Of a stretch of DNA of 64,000 nt, positions 1 to 9,744 are shown piece by piece. The stretch lies in NCBI GenBank assembly GCA_964518475.1, contig CAZFGR010000003.1, forward strand, positions 40,503 through 104,502. Reading direction: 5' to 3'. The position numbers and the translations under genes are program-made. The DNA is from an uncultured Nitrososphaerota archaeon (GTDB taxonomy: Archaea > Asgardarchaeota > Njordarchaeia > Njordarchaeales > Njordarchaeaceae). The notes below the pieces were generated by a model. That model ran no database searches, was not told the origin of the DNA, and saw nothing but the letters and a program-made list of their open reading frames with translations. How positions within the stretch are numbered: the first letter of the stretch is position 1; every line of letters starts with the position of its first letter.

Positions 1-84
1 AGAATCTTTGAGAGATAAGAATGGGAATCGGAAGATGAGACTTTATAAATCTAAACCTTAGGGAAAGAAAGTTTGATTTATAAG

Positions 85-161
85 TGGCGCCCCGGGCGGG
101 ATTTGAACCCGCGTCGCGGGATTGACAGTCCCGCATGCTAACCGGGCTACACCACCGGGGC
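85..161 (-). tRNA. tRNA-Asp(GTC)
   Basis: Reverse complement folds as a cloverleaf: acceptor GCCCCGG/CCGGGGC, anticodon arm CGGGA-CT GTC AA-TCCCG, T-loop TTCAAAT, encoded CCA. Confidence 0.97.
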
Positions 162-779
162 TTCTGTGAGGTGTCTCTTAAATTGCCAAATCTTACCTAG
201 AATACCAATAATCTACTAAATAATGTGTTACTATCTTCACGTCAATTTATTTTTAAATTTTCTGTTTAAGGAGAATGTGTGCATTAGTTTATCTTTCTCG
301 CCATGTTAGATTTCTCAGCTGTTTACCGAACTCTCAAGATCATTACTGGCCTTATAATGGCTCCATATTTTATTCTCAGTAAATTAAGACCCTAAAGTCG
401 TATTAGATCATTCCGCTCTCATCTTATTTCTCTTTTCATATCTTAAAAGACTAGATAGTTTTTTATTGAGAGAGGAGATGCGTTTTGGCAGTATTTTATT
501 CATTTAAGAATGCTTATTCAGAGTAGCATGTAACGTTTAGACAAATCGGTGAATTTGACTACAAGATACGCTGGATGACGACTCCTATTTACTCTCTTAT
601 CATAGTTCCAAGCTATAATATGGCACAAGTTCACTATTGTAGCAAAGTTAAGGAGTTTCTAAAACCGGAAAAAAGTAAAGAACCATGAGTATATTTTTTA
701 AGACGTGATTTAACTTTGTATAAAATATTGAAGCCATCTTGAGATTTCTGAGAAAAATTTTGCCATATTTGGTGGTTTA

Positions 780-2759
780 ATGAGAAATCGTCATAGCATG
801 AGTATTGTTTTATTCTTGATTATTTCAAGTAGTTTACTAATTGCTTTTTCGCCATGGATGCGGGGGCAAGTAACTAAGTTTTTTGAGAGAACGGGAATAA
901 CAATTACTCTTAAAATAGACTCTGCCTTAGCTACGAACATTAGTAATTATTACGTAGCAATACAAGTGGTTGCCTTCCTTCCAAATGGTACTGAAATAAC
1001 GATTTATAGAGGAGTCGTCAATGATAGCAAAATCGTACTGGATCCAAACAATAGTGAGGCTTTTAGAAAAGTAATCAGAGCATGGGTTCAGCGTTTAAAC
1101 GAGGAATATGATAAAGATCTTGCTGAGATAGCGCTCTTCTTATCGATATGGATAATCAACAAAAACGACCCAAGAGTGTATTATAGAGTCGTACCAGAGA
1201 GGGTAATATTATATAATCCGTTTAGGGTGCTAAAAGAGAGGATAAAATACGATATATCTTTAGGGAGTAGAAACTTGAGAAAATACAAGGCTAATGTCTC
1301 GATAAACCTGTTAACGGACGTGCAATTAAGATCTAACCAAGAAAAGGGGAGGTATGGAGTCAAAACACCAACGTATGTTGTCGGATACGAGTGGGTGCTG
1401 GAGGAGTACTGGCCACAGGATAATGAGTGGAGAGAAATACCAGTAATGATTCTTAATAATTTAGATACGGTAAGTGCTGATATGTTTAGTGAAATTCTGA
1501 TTGATAGTCGATACTCAACGAGCTTTGATGTTACTCTTGCTTATGGATTTAAAATACGTGAGTTGGCGCGAAATCGGGAATATGTCAAAATATATTCGGA
1601 TGCTCTCGAAGTCCGACTTGGAGGTAGTTCGATCGTTAGAGTTATAGACTTCGTTGAGCATGTTCATCACTTATTGGGGAATCAGCGAAAATACATATAT
1701 ATAATTGGGAAGCCTTTTTATGGGTCATATAAGGAGTACCTGGTTGCATATGATTCTCTAGGAAAAATAATTTACATGGAGCCAACTGGAAACGAAATGA
1801 TAAAAACGTATATCTACGACATTCAGAGTAGTCCAACGGATCCCTCAGATATAGCAGGTGGTGTAAAAGATGGTCTTCCCCCTTTTATGGATCAGTTCTT
1901 TGGGGGCGTGGATGTAAGACAGCTATTCTTGGAGAACGGACCTTTAGCGGATGGAGATCTAGAAGTTGAAGAGAAAGAAAGCTTAATAGACATTATGAAT
2001 CACTTTGATGTCCATAAAGTAGGTTTTAACATAGGTATTCCAGTTGGAGCCTTAATAGCTAGTATTCTCCCAGAATCAATGGCTTTCATGGGCCCAGTTT
2101 TAGCTGGTTTAGTTCTCTCGATACATTATGTTAAGGAAGAAAGCTTGCATGTTAGTGGTTCGATTGAGAATATGGGCAAAACAACTTTTGGTGGTAGGGA
2201 TGTTACTGAAGACGTTTACGTGGCTATAAGTAAGTACGTTTATCATGGTTCTATGGGCGAATTTAACGTGCCCACTGGAATATATTTCGTGTTTGATACG
2301 GAAGACTTGCCTCCGAACACTGGTTGTCCGTTCCTGTATGTTTATACTGAAAATGGTTTTGTTCGTGAGGGATTGCTTGATATTCATTCTAGTAGCGGAT
2401 TTGATGTTACTCGTAATCATACACTATCTAATGAACCAGTTATCGTTGATAGTAAGTATATTTTCAAATTAGTTGAGCATCCAAAAACTATTTCTTACAT
2501 TGATTATGTTAAGTTATTCGCAGTGCTTGAAAATAGTTCTGTGGTAGAGTTACCGTTGGTCAAGGCGGTTCATAACGTCTATGGAGACGTGTTACCGTGG
2601 TTAATGTTGGATGATGATTTAAGAATTCCGTGTGTGGGAGCTTATCATAGATCATTTGGTAGCCATGAAATCTACCTAGAGTTTGAAGCCTTGAATGGAG
2701 CAAAGGTTCTCTATTTTATCTTCCAGATACAGGGACATAACGCAATCACTAAGGGTTAA
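780..2759 (+). CDS. Secreted or membrane-anchored hypothetical protein with a C-terminal 'GCPxLY' beta-rich domain
   Basis: 659-aa ORF with GGTGG SD upstream. N-terminal basic plus hydrophobic signal-like segment, an internal hydrophobic stretch, and a C-terminal domain starting PPNTGCPFLYVY. Confidence 0.8.
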   Translation: MRNRHSMSIVLFLIISSSLLIAFSPWMRGQVTKFFERTGITITLKIDSALATNISNYYVAIQVVAFLPNGTEITIYRGVVNDSKIVLDPNNSEAFRKVIRAWVQRLNEEYDKDLAEIALFLSIWIINKNDPRVYYRVVPERVILYNPFRVLKERIKYDISLGSRNLRKYKANVSINLLTDVQLRSNQEKGRYGVKTPTYVVGYEWVLEEYWPQDNEWREIPVMILNNLDTVSADMFSEILIDSRYSTSFDVTLAYGFKIRELARNREYVKIYSDALEVRLGGSSIVRVIDFVEHVHHLLGNQRKYIYIIGKPFYGSYKEYLVAYDSLGKIIYMEPTGNEMIKTYIYDIQSSPTDPSDIAGGVKDGLPPFMDQFFGGVDVRQLFLENGPLADGDLEVEEKESLIDIMNHFDVHKVGFNIGIPVGALIASILPESMAFMGPVLAGLVLSIHYVKEESLHVSGSIENMGKTTFGGRDVTEDVYVAISKYVYHGSMGEFNVPTGIYFVFDTEDLPPNTGCPFLYVYTENGFVREGLLDIHSSSGFDVTRNHTLSNEPVIVDSKYIFKLVEHPKTISYIDYVKLFAVLENSSVVELPLVKAVHNVYGDVLPWLMLDDDLRIPCVGAYHRSFGSHEIYLEFEALNGAKVLYFIFQIQGHNAITKG

Positions 2760-2983
2760 GAAATTAGATTTCTCAGAGCCAGTCTTTAGTAATTCTTTCC
2801 ATTTCTTATTTTTCCTTCAATAGGCCTTTAAATTTCTATAAGTGATTATATCTTGATATGACGGGTTTCCGAAGAGATACTGGTTTGCACGTATGGTACA
2901 TGCTTTGAAGGTAATTTTTATGTATGAAAGAAAAACTAATAACCAGATTGGTTCTAACGATATATGGTTACGACTAAGCAACT

Positions 2984-3058
2984 GGGGCCGTGGTCTAGTG
3001 GTAGGACGCCCGGCTCACAACCGGGAGGTCGGCGGTTCGATTCCGCCCGGCCCCACCA
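2984..3058 (+). tRNA. tRNA-Val(CAC)
   Basis: Acceptor GGGGCCG/CGGCCCC, Val-type D arm GTCTAG..GAC, anticodon loop CT CAC AA, A73, CCA. Confidence 0.95.
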
Positions 3059-3126
3059 ACGATAATAATGCTAGGGGAATAAATTTATAATTCGTCCTAG
3101 AAAGTGTATATAACCATGATTTTGTT

Positions 3127-3226
<100 letters not shown>

Positions 3227-3253
3227 TTCAACTTCTCTTCTCTGGTGTTTTCT

Positions 3254-3619
3254 TTGGTTGTTCATGAAAAGACTCGATGGGTTTTCTTTGAAGTGATTGG
3301 AGATCCTATTGAAGAGAGTGAGTTGAGACAAGGGCTTAGAAGGATCCTTTTTGAATTGTTTGGTACTTTTGGTGCTTCTCAAGTGTATTTTAGGATAGTG
3401 GAGTATGATCCAGAAAAGGGTGTGGGTATATTAAAAGTGAATTTAGAAGGGCTCCCGTTGTTGCGTGTTGCCTTATTTTTTCTTAAGAGTATAGGGCCTA
3501 AGCGTATAATTATCAATGACTTATTAGTTAGCGGGACTATTGCTGCTCTGCGTAGAAAAATTCCTCGGGTAAGGACTTGGCGAGAGTATCAGTCTATGGC
3601 GAATAAACGGGGGATTTAG
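3254..3619 (+). CDS. rnp2: RNase P protein component Pop5/Rpp14
   Basis: Family motifs KTRWVFFEV, LFGTFGAS, GILKV, VSGTIAALRRK. Start moved to TTG 3254 (GGTG SD) because the longer ORF overlaps the tRNA. Confidence 0.85.
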   Translation: MVVHEKTRWVFFEVIGDPIEESELRQGLRRILFELFGTFGASQVYFRIVEYDPEKGVGILKVNLEGLPLLRVALFFLKSIGPKRIIINDLLVSGTIAALRRKIPRVRTWREYQSMANKRGI

Positions 3620-3694
3620 TGCCATTTTTATAGATTTCCTTTTAGGTATTTTTATTTCGCTAATGATTATCAAGTAGGGTTAGCATTACTATTA

Positions 3695-4666
3695 GTGGTG
3701 GTGTGTTTCATGAATAATGAATTGCAGGGCCATGGGTACGTTAAGTACATTATTCATGCTAATATGTTCGTGGAGGGTGTTGTGGAAAAACATGATATTA
3801 TAGGTGCTATCTTTGGGCAATTGGATGGATTATTACCAAGCTCTATGGATCTGCAAGAATTGCAGAGAATAGGAAAAATCGACAGGATTAATGTCCGGGT
3901 ATCTCATAAAGATGGACGTACTTATGCTCAGATCACTATTCCATGCAATATGACTAAATTAGAAGTAGCTATTTTAGCAGCAGCATTGGAGACTATTGAT
4001 AGAGTTGGACCTAGCAAAGCTGAGACGAAATTAGTAAAGATAGAGGATGTTAGGAAAGTGAAGAGGGAGGCGATTGTTAAGAGAGCGGCGGAGATACTGA
4101 GGATTTGGGACGATTTAGTATCACCTAGTAATGCGGATATTGCTAAGAGGGTGGAGGAAGAGGCTAGGAAGCATAAGCTTATTTATATTGGACCGGAGAA
4201 ATTACCTGCTGGGCCTGCCGTTAAAACCAGCGATGAAGTGATAATTGTAGAGGGACGTGCTGATGTTATAAATCTACTAAAACACGGTTTTGACAATGCT
4301 ATAGCGGTAGAAGGTACGAAAATTCCGCAAACCATAATTGATCTTTCGAGAAAGAAAATAACTACAGCTTTCGTGGATGGTGATCGTAGCGGATTATTGA
4401 TCTTGAAGGAATTGCTGCAAGTGGCTGATATAGACTACATAGCACGAGCTCCCAAAGGCAAGGAAGTTCAACATTTATCATTAAAAGAAATAAAGAGAGC
4501 TCTTTCTCGCAGAGTTCCAGTAAATAATTTAAGGATCACGGTAGAGATGGCTGCGGAGGACTTAGAGAGAATTCTCGAAAAAACAATCAACAATAAACAA
4601 ACTAGCAATAGTGATAAACCTGCTGGGGGAGGACAAGTTGAAAAAACCATGGACAGAGATTCGTAA
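3695..4666 (+). CDS. dnaG: Archaeal DnaG-type primase-like protein (exosome-associated, TOPRIM)
   Basis: KYIIHA..GVVEKHDIIGAIFGQ, ETIDRVGP, TOPRIM motifs IIVEGRADV and FVDGDRSG. Confidence 0.95.
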   Translation: MVVCFMNNELQGHGYVKYIIHANMFVEGVVEKHDIIGAIFGQLDGLLPSSMDLQELQRIGKIDRINVRVSHKDGRTYAQITIPCNMTKLEVAILAAALETIDRVGPSKAETKLVKIEDVRKVKREAIVKRAAEILRIWDDLVSPSNADIAKRVEEEARKHKLIYIGPEKLPAGPAVKTSDEVIIVEGRADVINLLKHGFDNAIAVEGTKIPQTIIDLSRKKITTAFVDGDRSGLLILKELLQVADIDYIARAPKGKEVQHLSLKEIKRALSRRVPVNNLRITVEMAAEDLERILEKTINNKQTSNSDKPAGGGQVEKTMDRDS

Positions 4667-4931
4667 AAAATTGCACGAGAAACCAGACATTAGAATAGGA
4701 AAAATGGGAATCACAGAAGGGGTTATATTAGAAGCTAAGCGTCTTCTCAAGAATAAAGGCGTGATAAAAGTTAAAGTTCTCAAAAATATTGCAGCAACGA
4801 AGAAAGAGGCTAAAGAACTAATAGAAAAACTCGCTGAGGAAGCAGGCGCAGAAATAGGAAAAATTATAGGTAAAACAGCAATATTATATCGAAGCGATTA
4901 TCTGAAACAAAATGTTTCTGAGAGAAGTTGA
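4638..4931 (+). CDS. YhbY/CRM-domain RNA-binding protein
   Basis: KPDIRIGKMGITEGVI, VIKVKVL, IIGKTAILYR; TTG start after GGAGG. Confidence 0.9.
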   Translation: MKKPWTEIRKKLHEKPDIRIGKMGITEGVILEAKRLLKNKGVIKVKVLKNIAATKKEAKELIEKLAEEAGAEIGKIIGKTAILYRSDYLKQNVSERS

Positions 4932-4932
4932 A

Positions 4933-5010
<78 letters not shown>

Positions 5011-5114
5011 AAGAAATCCATAGAAACACTTCAAAACTTCACTTCATGACTATGATACATGCTAAGAAAAATTTTTGAATAATTCTATCATCATCACTTT
5101 CTTTGAATACTCAT

Positions 5115-5240
5115 GCCGGGGTTGCCGAGCTGGTACGGCGCCGACCGCGCCACCCCCGCAGAGGGGGTTGGGCGCGGGCGCATGCCTGCTAAGCCGGTGG
5201 CGATTACGCCTCGCGGGTTCAAATCCCGCCCCCGGCACCA
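5115..5240 (+). tRNA. tRNA-Ser(GCT) with a 40-nt non-canonical intron at 29/30 (5144-5183)
   Basis: Acceptor GCCGGGG/CCCCGGC and a long variable arm. Removing 5144-5183 restores CCGGC-CT GCT AA-GCCGG. BHB: helix GCGC/GCGC, bulges CG^A and AT^G. Confidence 0.92.
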
Positions 5241-5338
5241 TCTCCTTTTCAAGTCTCTACTTTGAGATAAATATATTTATATTTCGTTTCTTAATTTGGT
5301 TCAATTACTAATTAACGAGTGGTGCTAGGGAGGTATCA

Positions 5339-5794
5339 ATGGCTAGAATGTATGCTCGTAAAAGAGGTAAATCGAGTTCAAAGAGGTTGTATAGAGACAA
5401 ACCACCAGAATGGGTTATGCTTTCAGCGGAGGAAGTTGAGCAGAAAATTGTAGAGTTAGCTCGTAAAGGTTATAGCGCAGCGATGATCGGTATTATTCTA
5501 AGAGATCAGTATGGAATTCCTAATGTAAGACAGATACTTGGTAAAAAAATCTCGAAAGTTTTAGAGGAGCATGGTCTGCTTCCTTCTATACCCGAAGATC
5601 TTAACAATCTCATTCGGAAAGCTGTTAGGCTTAGAAGACATCTCAGTGTTCATAGAAAAGATTATCACAACAAGAGAGCACTGCACTTAATCGAGAGTAA
5701 GATTAAGAGACTAGTTAAATATTATAAGAGAATAGGGAGATTGCCGGAAGACTGGAACTATGAGAAGTACATCCAAACAATTGGTGGGGCATAA
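5339..5794 (+). CDS. rps15: 30S ribosomal protein uS15 (S15P/S13e)
   Basis: [46 protein letters not shown]. Confidence 0.98.
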   Translation: MARMYARKRGKSSSKRLYRDKPPEWVMLSAEEVEQKIVELARKGYSAAMIGIILRDQYGIPNVRQILGKKISKVLEEHGLLPSIPEDLNNLIRKAVRLRRHLSVHRKDYHNKRALHLIESKIKRLVKYYKRIGRLPEDWNYEKYIQTIGGA

Positions 5795-5880
5795 TTTTTT
5801 ATCCTAATATACAATACTGGTAATGTTTTCTGGAAACTTTTGTTATTTTTAAAAATGTTAAACCTATTTCTGAGGAGGGT

Positions 5881-7107
5881 GTGATGATGTCTAATTTCGT
5901 ATTCCATCCGCTTCGAAAAGATCCTGTCGAAAACCTACCTGTTGAAATTGTAGAAAGAAAGGGGTTGGGGCATCCAGATACTATTTGTGATGGTGTTGTC
6001 GAACGAGTAGCCATTTATCTTACCCAATACTACTCAGAACACTTTGGTTTTCCTCTACACTTCAATGTAGATAAAGCAGTTCTAGTTGGGGGACGGGCTT
6101 TACCCCGCTTTGGTGGAGGAGAAGTTCTGGAGCCAATAATTATTCATATCGTTGGTAGGGCTACTACTAGTGTTAAGAGAGAGTCAGGTCAAGAAGAGGC
6201 AGTACCAATAGGGCCTTTGGTACTTAAGGCTGTGCATGATTACATAGGAGATAACTTCAGGTATCTTGACCCTATACAACACATCGTTGTTCAATATTCT
6301 ATTAGACCAGGAAGCGTGGATTTAGTAAAGGTTTATGAGAAAATAAGGAAGACGGGGGTTCCACCCGCCAACGATACTTCGATAGGAGTGGGTTTCGCAC
6401 CTTTGACAGATACCGAGCGTATATGCCTCGAAGTAGAGCAGTTTCTGAATTCTCCTGAAACTAAAAAGAAATATCCAGCTGTTGGAGAAGACATTAAAGT
6501 AATGTGTGTGAGAATGCATAATAAGATAAGAGTCACTCTAGCAATGGCTACTGTTTCTAAAGAAGTTAATAGTATGAGTGAATATTTAGCATTAAAAGAG
6601 CAGATCCGTGAAATTTTACTGGATCGAATTTCAAATATGACCGAAAGGGAAGTTGAGCTCTATGTAAATATGGCGGACGATCCAGAAAATGGAATAGCAT
6701 ACATAACGGTTACTGGTACTTCAGCAGAAGCAGGAGATGATGGCCAGGTAGGTAGAGGAAATAGGGCTAACGGGTTAATTACCCCTATGAGACCCATGAG
6801 TATCGAAGCAGCAGCTGGCAAAAACGCGGTTAGTCATGTAGGAAAAATCTACCAAATTGCCGCTAGAACCGCGGCTGAGAAAATCTATAAGGAAGTAGGT
6901 GGGTTGAAAGAGGTTTATGTAATGCTTGTAAGCACTATAGGCCAACCTATAACGGAACCTCAAATAGTTAATATTCAATATCTTCCAGAAGAGGGAGTAA
7001 ATAAGGGTGACATCGAGCAGGATATGAAAGGTATCATAGAGGAAGTATTAAACGATCTACCGAATCTATGGAAACACTTCATTAGGGGGGAAATTAAAGT
7101 ATACTAA
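5881..7107 (+). CDS. mat: S-adenosylmethionine synthetase, archaeal type
   Basis: [56 protein letters not shown]. Confidence 0.97.
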   Translation: MMMSNFVFHPLRKDPVENLPVEIVERKGLGHPDTICDGVVERVAIYLTQYYSEHFGFPLHFNVDKAVLVGGRALPRFGGGEVLEPIIIHIVGRATTSVKRESGQEEAVPIGPLVLKAVHDYIGDNFRYLDPIQHIVVQYSIRPGSVDLVKVYEKIRKTGVPPANDTSIGVGFAPLTDTERICLEVEQFLNSPETKKKYPAVGEDIKVMCVRMHNKIRVTLAMATVSKEVNSMSEYLALKEQIREILLDRISNMTEREVELYVNMADDPENGIAYITVTGTSAEAGDDGQVGRGNRANGLITPMRPMSIEAAAGKNAVSHVGKIYQIAARTAAEKIYKEVGGLKEVYVMLVSTIGQPITEPQIVNIQYLPEEGVNKGDIEQDMKGIIEEVLNDLPNLWKHFIRGEIKVY

Positions 7108-7122
7108 GGGAGGATAAAATAA

Positions 7123-8226
7123 GTGAATGAGGATATTTTTGAAAAGCTTTTTTCTCTTCATCATTCTTTAGGAACTAGAATTTCTACCTACGATCTTAAA
7201 ATTTCAACAAATATTCAGTCCGAAAGCGTTATTGGTGGAACTTTTGACAGATTACATCCTGGACATGAGTCATTGATCTCTAGTGCGTTAAACGTATCAA
7301 ATAAAGTACATATCGGCGTTATGAGCGATGAGGGAGTTAAGAAATGGGGACGAAAAATTGAAGGAGACAAAATTCATGACTTTATCACTCGTGTCACAAA
7401 GCTAGAGATTTTCCTAGCAAAATATGGTGAGAGATCCAGAGTAAAAATAATTGAGATACACGATCCATTTAGTTACGCTATTGAGTCAGAAGCAGCTCAA
7501 AAACTAGACGCTATAATAGTATCCGAAGAAACAATCGTGCTCGAAAGAGCTAGAGAATTAAACACTATGAGAGAGAAAAGAGGACTAAGAAGGCTGGTTC
7601 TCTTCAAGTATCCATTAGTAGTAGATGAGAATGGAGTCCCTTTCTCTTCTGGTAGGCTTAGAAAAGGAGAAAAAATACTGAATATTACCTTACCAACATT
7701 TAGGTTGATGGGAAAAGAGATTATAAATGAAGTGAAAAAGCCTAAGGGAGAACTAGTAAATTCTCCGAAAGACTTACCTGAACCGCCTAGAATAGTTATC
7801 GCTATTGGAGATATCGTGGTTCAAAATTTGATTAAAAATAATTACCCAATAAGCATTGCGGTAATTGATAAACGAAGCAGAAGAACGTCTTTAATAAATT
7901 ATTATCTCTATAAGAAATATGAAAAGGAAATAGAAGAAGTTCAATTACCTATTTACCTTCCAGCCTTAAACCCTCCTGGAACAATTACTAATGATTCATG
8001 GGAGAAATTCTATATTGCTCTCCTTCAAGAAAACCCCGTCGTAATAAGGGTGTATGGAGAAGAAGACTTGTTCGGTTTCCCAGCAACAATCATAGCTCCT
8101 AACGAAAGTTTAGTAATCTATGGTCAACCTCCGCCAGAGGATAAATTAGTCTATTTTTTTGTTGATGATAGTCATAGACAGGCAGCAATTGAATTATTAA
8201 TGCGCATGAAAGTAAACTTTCCTTAA
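7123..8226 (+). CDS. coaD: Fused phosphopantetheine adenylyltransferase and GTP-dependent dephospho-CoA kinase (DUF359)
   Basis: N-terminal half: GGTFDRLHPGH, IIVSEET, SSGRLR (archaeal PPAT). C-terminal half: IGDIV, IDKRSRR, NPPGTIT, GEEDL, YGQP (DUF359). Confidence 0.88.
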   Translation: MNEDIFEKLFSLHHSLGTRISTYDLKISTNIQSESVIGGTFDRLHPGHESLISSALNVSNKVHIGVMSDEGVKKWGRKIEGDKIHDFITRVTKLEIFLAKYGERSRVKIIEIHDPFSYAIESEAAQKLDAIIVSEETIVLERARELNTMREKRGLRRLVLFKYPLVVDENGVPFSSGRLRKGEKILNITLPTFRLMGKEIINEVKKPKGELVNSPKDLPEPPRIVIAIGDIVVQNLIKNNYPISIAVIDKRSRRTSLINYYLYKKYEKEIEEVQLPIYLPALNPPGTITNDSWEKFYIALLQENPVVIRVYGEEDLFGFPATIIAPNESLVIYGQPPPEDKLVYFFVDDSHRQAAIELLMRMKVNFP

Positions 8227-8355
8227 AAGATCTAATTTAAATTAAACTATGCTTTAGTAAAACCAAATCTTCAGATATTTTAGCATGACAGAATATTAAA
8301 CATGCCCATTAAAGTCGTACTAAACCGTATATTAAAATTTAGATGAGGTGAGAAT

Positions 8356-9087
8356 ATGGCTGAGACAAAACCTTCCTCCTCGTTCAATCCTAAAAACGAT
8401 TATAGACTAGCAATGGCTGTTTATGCTATTGATGTATTGGATTCCTTAGCTCGAGACGGTAAAATACCTGGAATTAGAAAGCAAGAAGCTATAGAGTTGT
8501 TAGAGAAGATTTCCTCCTGCGTAAATAAAATGAGAGAATCAACAATGTCTAAACACATGTTATTAATAAGTAATCTGTTCCGTGGTTTCAATAATCTCTT
8601 ATCGACTTTTATATCCAGACTGGGGGTAAATTGGTATCGAGTAGCGAAGATGAAAGATGACTATACAGCGAAATTGTTAAGGTTTGCAATATTCAACTTA
8701 CGCTCTCTAGGTACTAGGTTAAAGAAATTTCCAGATAATAGTCCAGTGGGTACAGTTAAGATAAGTTATGTGCGTGTTCTTCAGGTAAAGCCCCATCCTA
8801 AAGATCCTAAGTACAAAATCGCTAAAGTTACGGATATGGAAATGATTTATGAAGTAGTTACAGATGCTGACATAGAGGAAAAAAGTGTTGTACTATTTGC
8901 ACATACGCCTCCACTCAGAGTAAAGGGAGCTGTCTCGGAGGGCATAATACTAAAAGATGATGAAGGAAAAGTAATAACTGGATCCGATGAAGATATTGGA
9001 CAAACACCAACAGAATTACCAGAAAACGCCAAAAAGCAAATTGAAGAAATCGTGATTAAGTTATTAGAAGAGGAATTTCTAATTTAA
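8356..9087 (+). CDS. RNA/tRNA-binding protein with a C-terminal EMAP/Trbp111-like OB domain (COG2517-like)
   Basis: N-terminal F-D/N-PKNDYRL.A motif; C-terminal VKPHP, VVTD, PPLRVKGAVSEG. Confidence 0.75.
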   Translation: MAETKPSSSFNPKNDYRLAMAVYAIDVLDSLARDGKIPGIRKQEAIELLEKISSCVNKMRESTMSKHMLLISNLFRGFNNLLSTFISRLGVNWYRVAKMKDDYTAKLLRFAIFNLRSLGTRLKKFPDNSPVGTVKISYVRVLQVKPHPKDPKYKIAKVTDMEMIYEVVTDADIEEKSVVLFAHTPPLRVKGAVSEGIILKDDEGKVITGSDEDIGQTPTELPENAKKQIEEIVIKLLEEEFLI

Positions 9088-9222
9088 AATTCCACCAAAA
9101 AGCATTTTAGTTTAGTAATATTAGATTTCGACAAATACTTTAATGCACACTGATGATAGCCTCCTCTTTCCTCTGATGATAATAACTTTATCACGCAACT
9201 ATTCCTAGGAGGAGCGTAGAAA

Positions 9223-9738
9223 ATGGTTTCTCGTGGATTACTCATAGGTAGATTCCAGCCCTTTCATAAAGGGCATCTTTGGGCGGTTCGGGAGATTCTT
9301 AATAGAGAAGACGAGATAATAATAGGTATTGGCTCAGCACAGGATAGCTATTCAATAGAAAATCCACTCACGGCGGGGGAACGCGTCGAAATTGTAAGAG
9401 AAGTTTTAAAAAATTTAGGTGTCTTGGATAGAGCTGTAATTATCCCTATTCCAGATATAAACGAAAACTTAGCATGGCCAGGGAGAGTAATTGAGCTGAC
9501 ACCTAGATTTGATCGCGTATATTCTGGTAATGAACTAGTGCTCATGTTATTTGAACGCTTTGGAATAGAAACTGTGAAATTGGAACATATTAATAGAGAC
9601 ATTTACCAGGGAAGGGTTATAAGGGAATTAATTGTAAAAGGAGAGCCTTGGGAGCATCTCGTGCCAGAGAGTATCATTCCTTTGCTTAAGAAGTTTGGGT
9701 TCGAAGAGAGAATCCGTCGTTTAGCGGCTAGGAGGTGA
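9223..9738 (+). CDS. nadM: Nicotinamide-nucleotide adenylyltransferase
   Basis: IGRFQPFHKGH, IGSAQ, NPLTAGER, WEHLVP. Confidence 0.95.
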   Translation: MVSRGLLIGRFQPFHKGHLWAVREILNREDEIIIGIGSAQDSYSIENPLTAGERVEIVREVLKNLGVLDRAVIIPIPDINENLAWPGRVIELTPRFDRVYSGNELVLMLFERFGIETVKLEHINRDIYQGRVIRELIVKGEPWEHLVPESIIPLLKKFGFEERIRRLAARR

Positions 9739-9744
9739 AATTTT

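Noticed and set aside
570-600. GCTGGATGACGACTCCTA resembles the 3' end of a fluoride riboswitch
   Set aside because: No matching 5' GGxGATGGxGTTCxCC element and no crcB-type gene downstream
2325-2741. Canonical intein
   Set aside because: Starts with Cys and ends with HN, but block A and B patterns are absent and the residue after HN is Ala with only a 5-aa tail
162-2983. Integrated mobile element between tRNA-Asp and tRNA-Val
   Set aside because: No integrase, transposase or duplicated tRNA 3' end (att site) is visible
2984-3058. tRNA-Val(CAC) as an anticodon-shifted copy of the CAT tRNA (near-identical anticodon and T arms)
   Set aside because: The D arm is of the normal archaeal Val type; the similarity is explicable by GC-rich stems
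5075-5311. 78-aa ORF
   Set aside because: Spans the intron-containing tRNA-Ser
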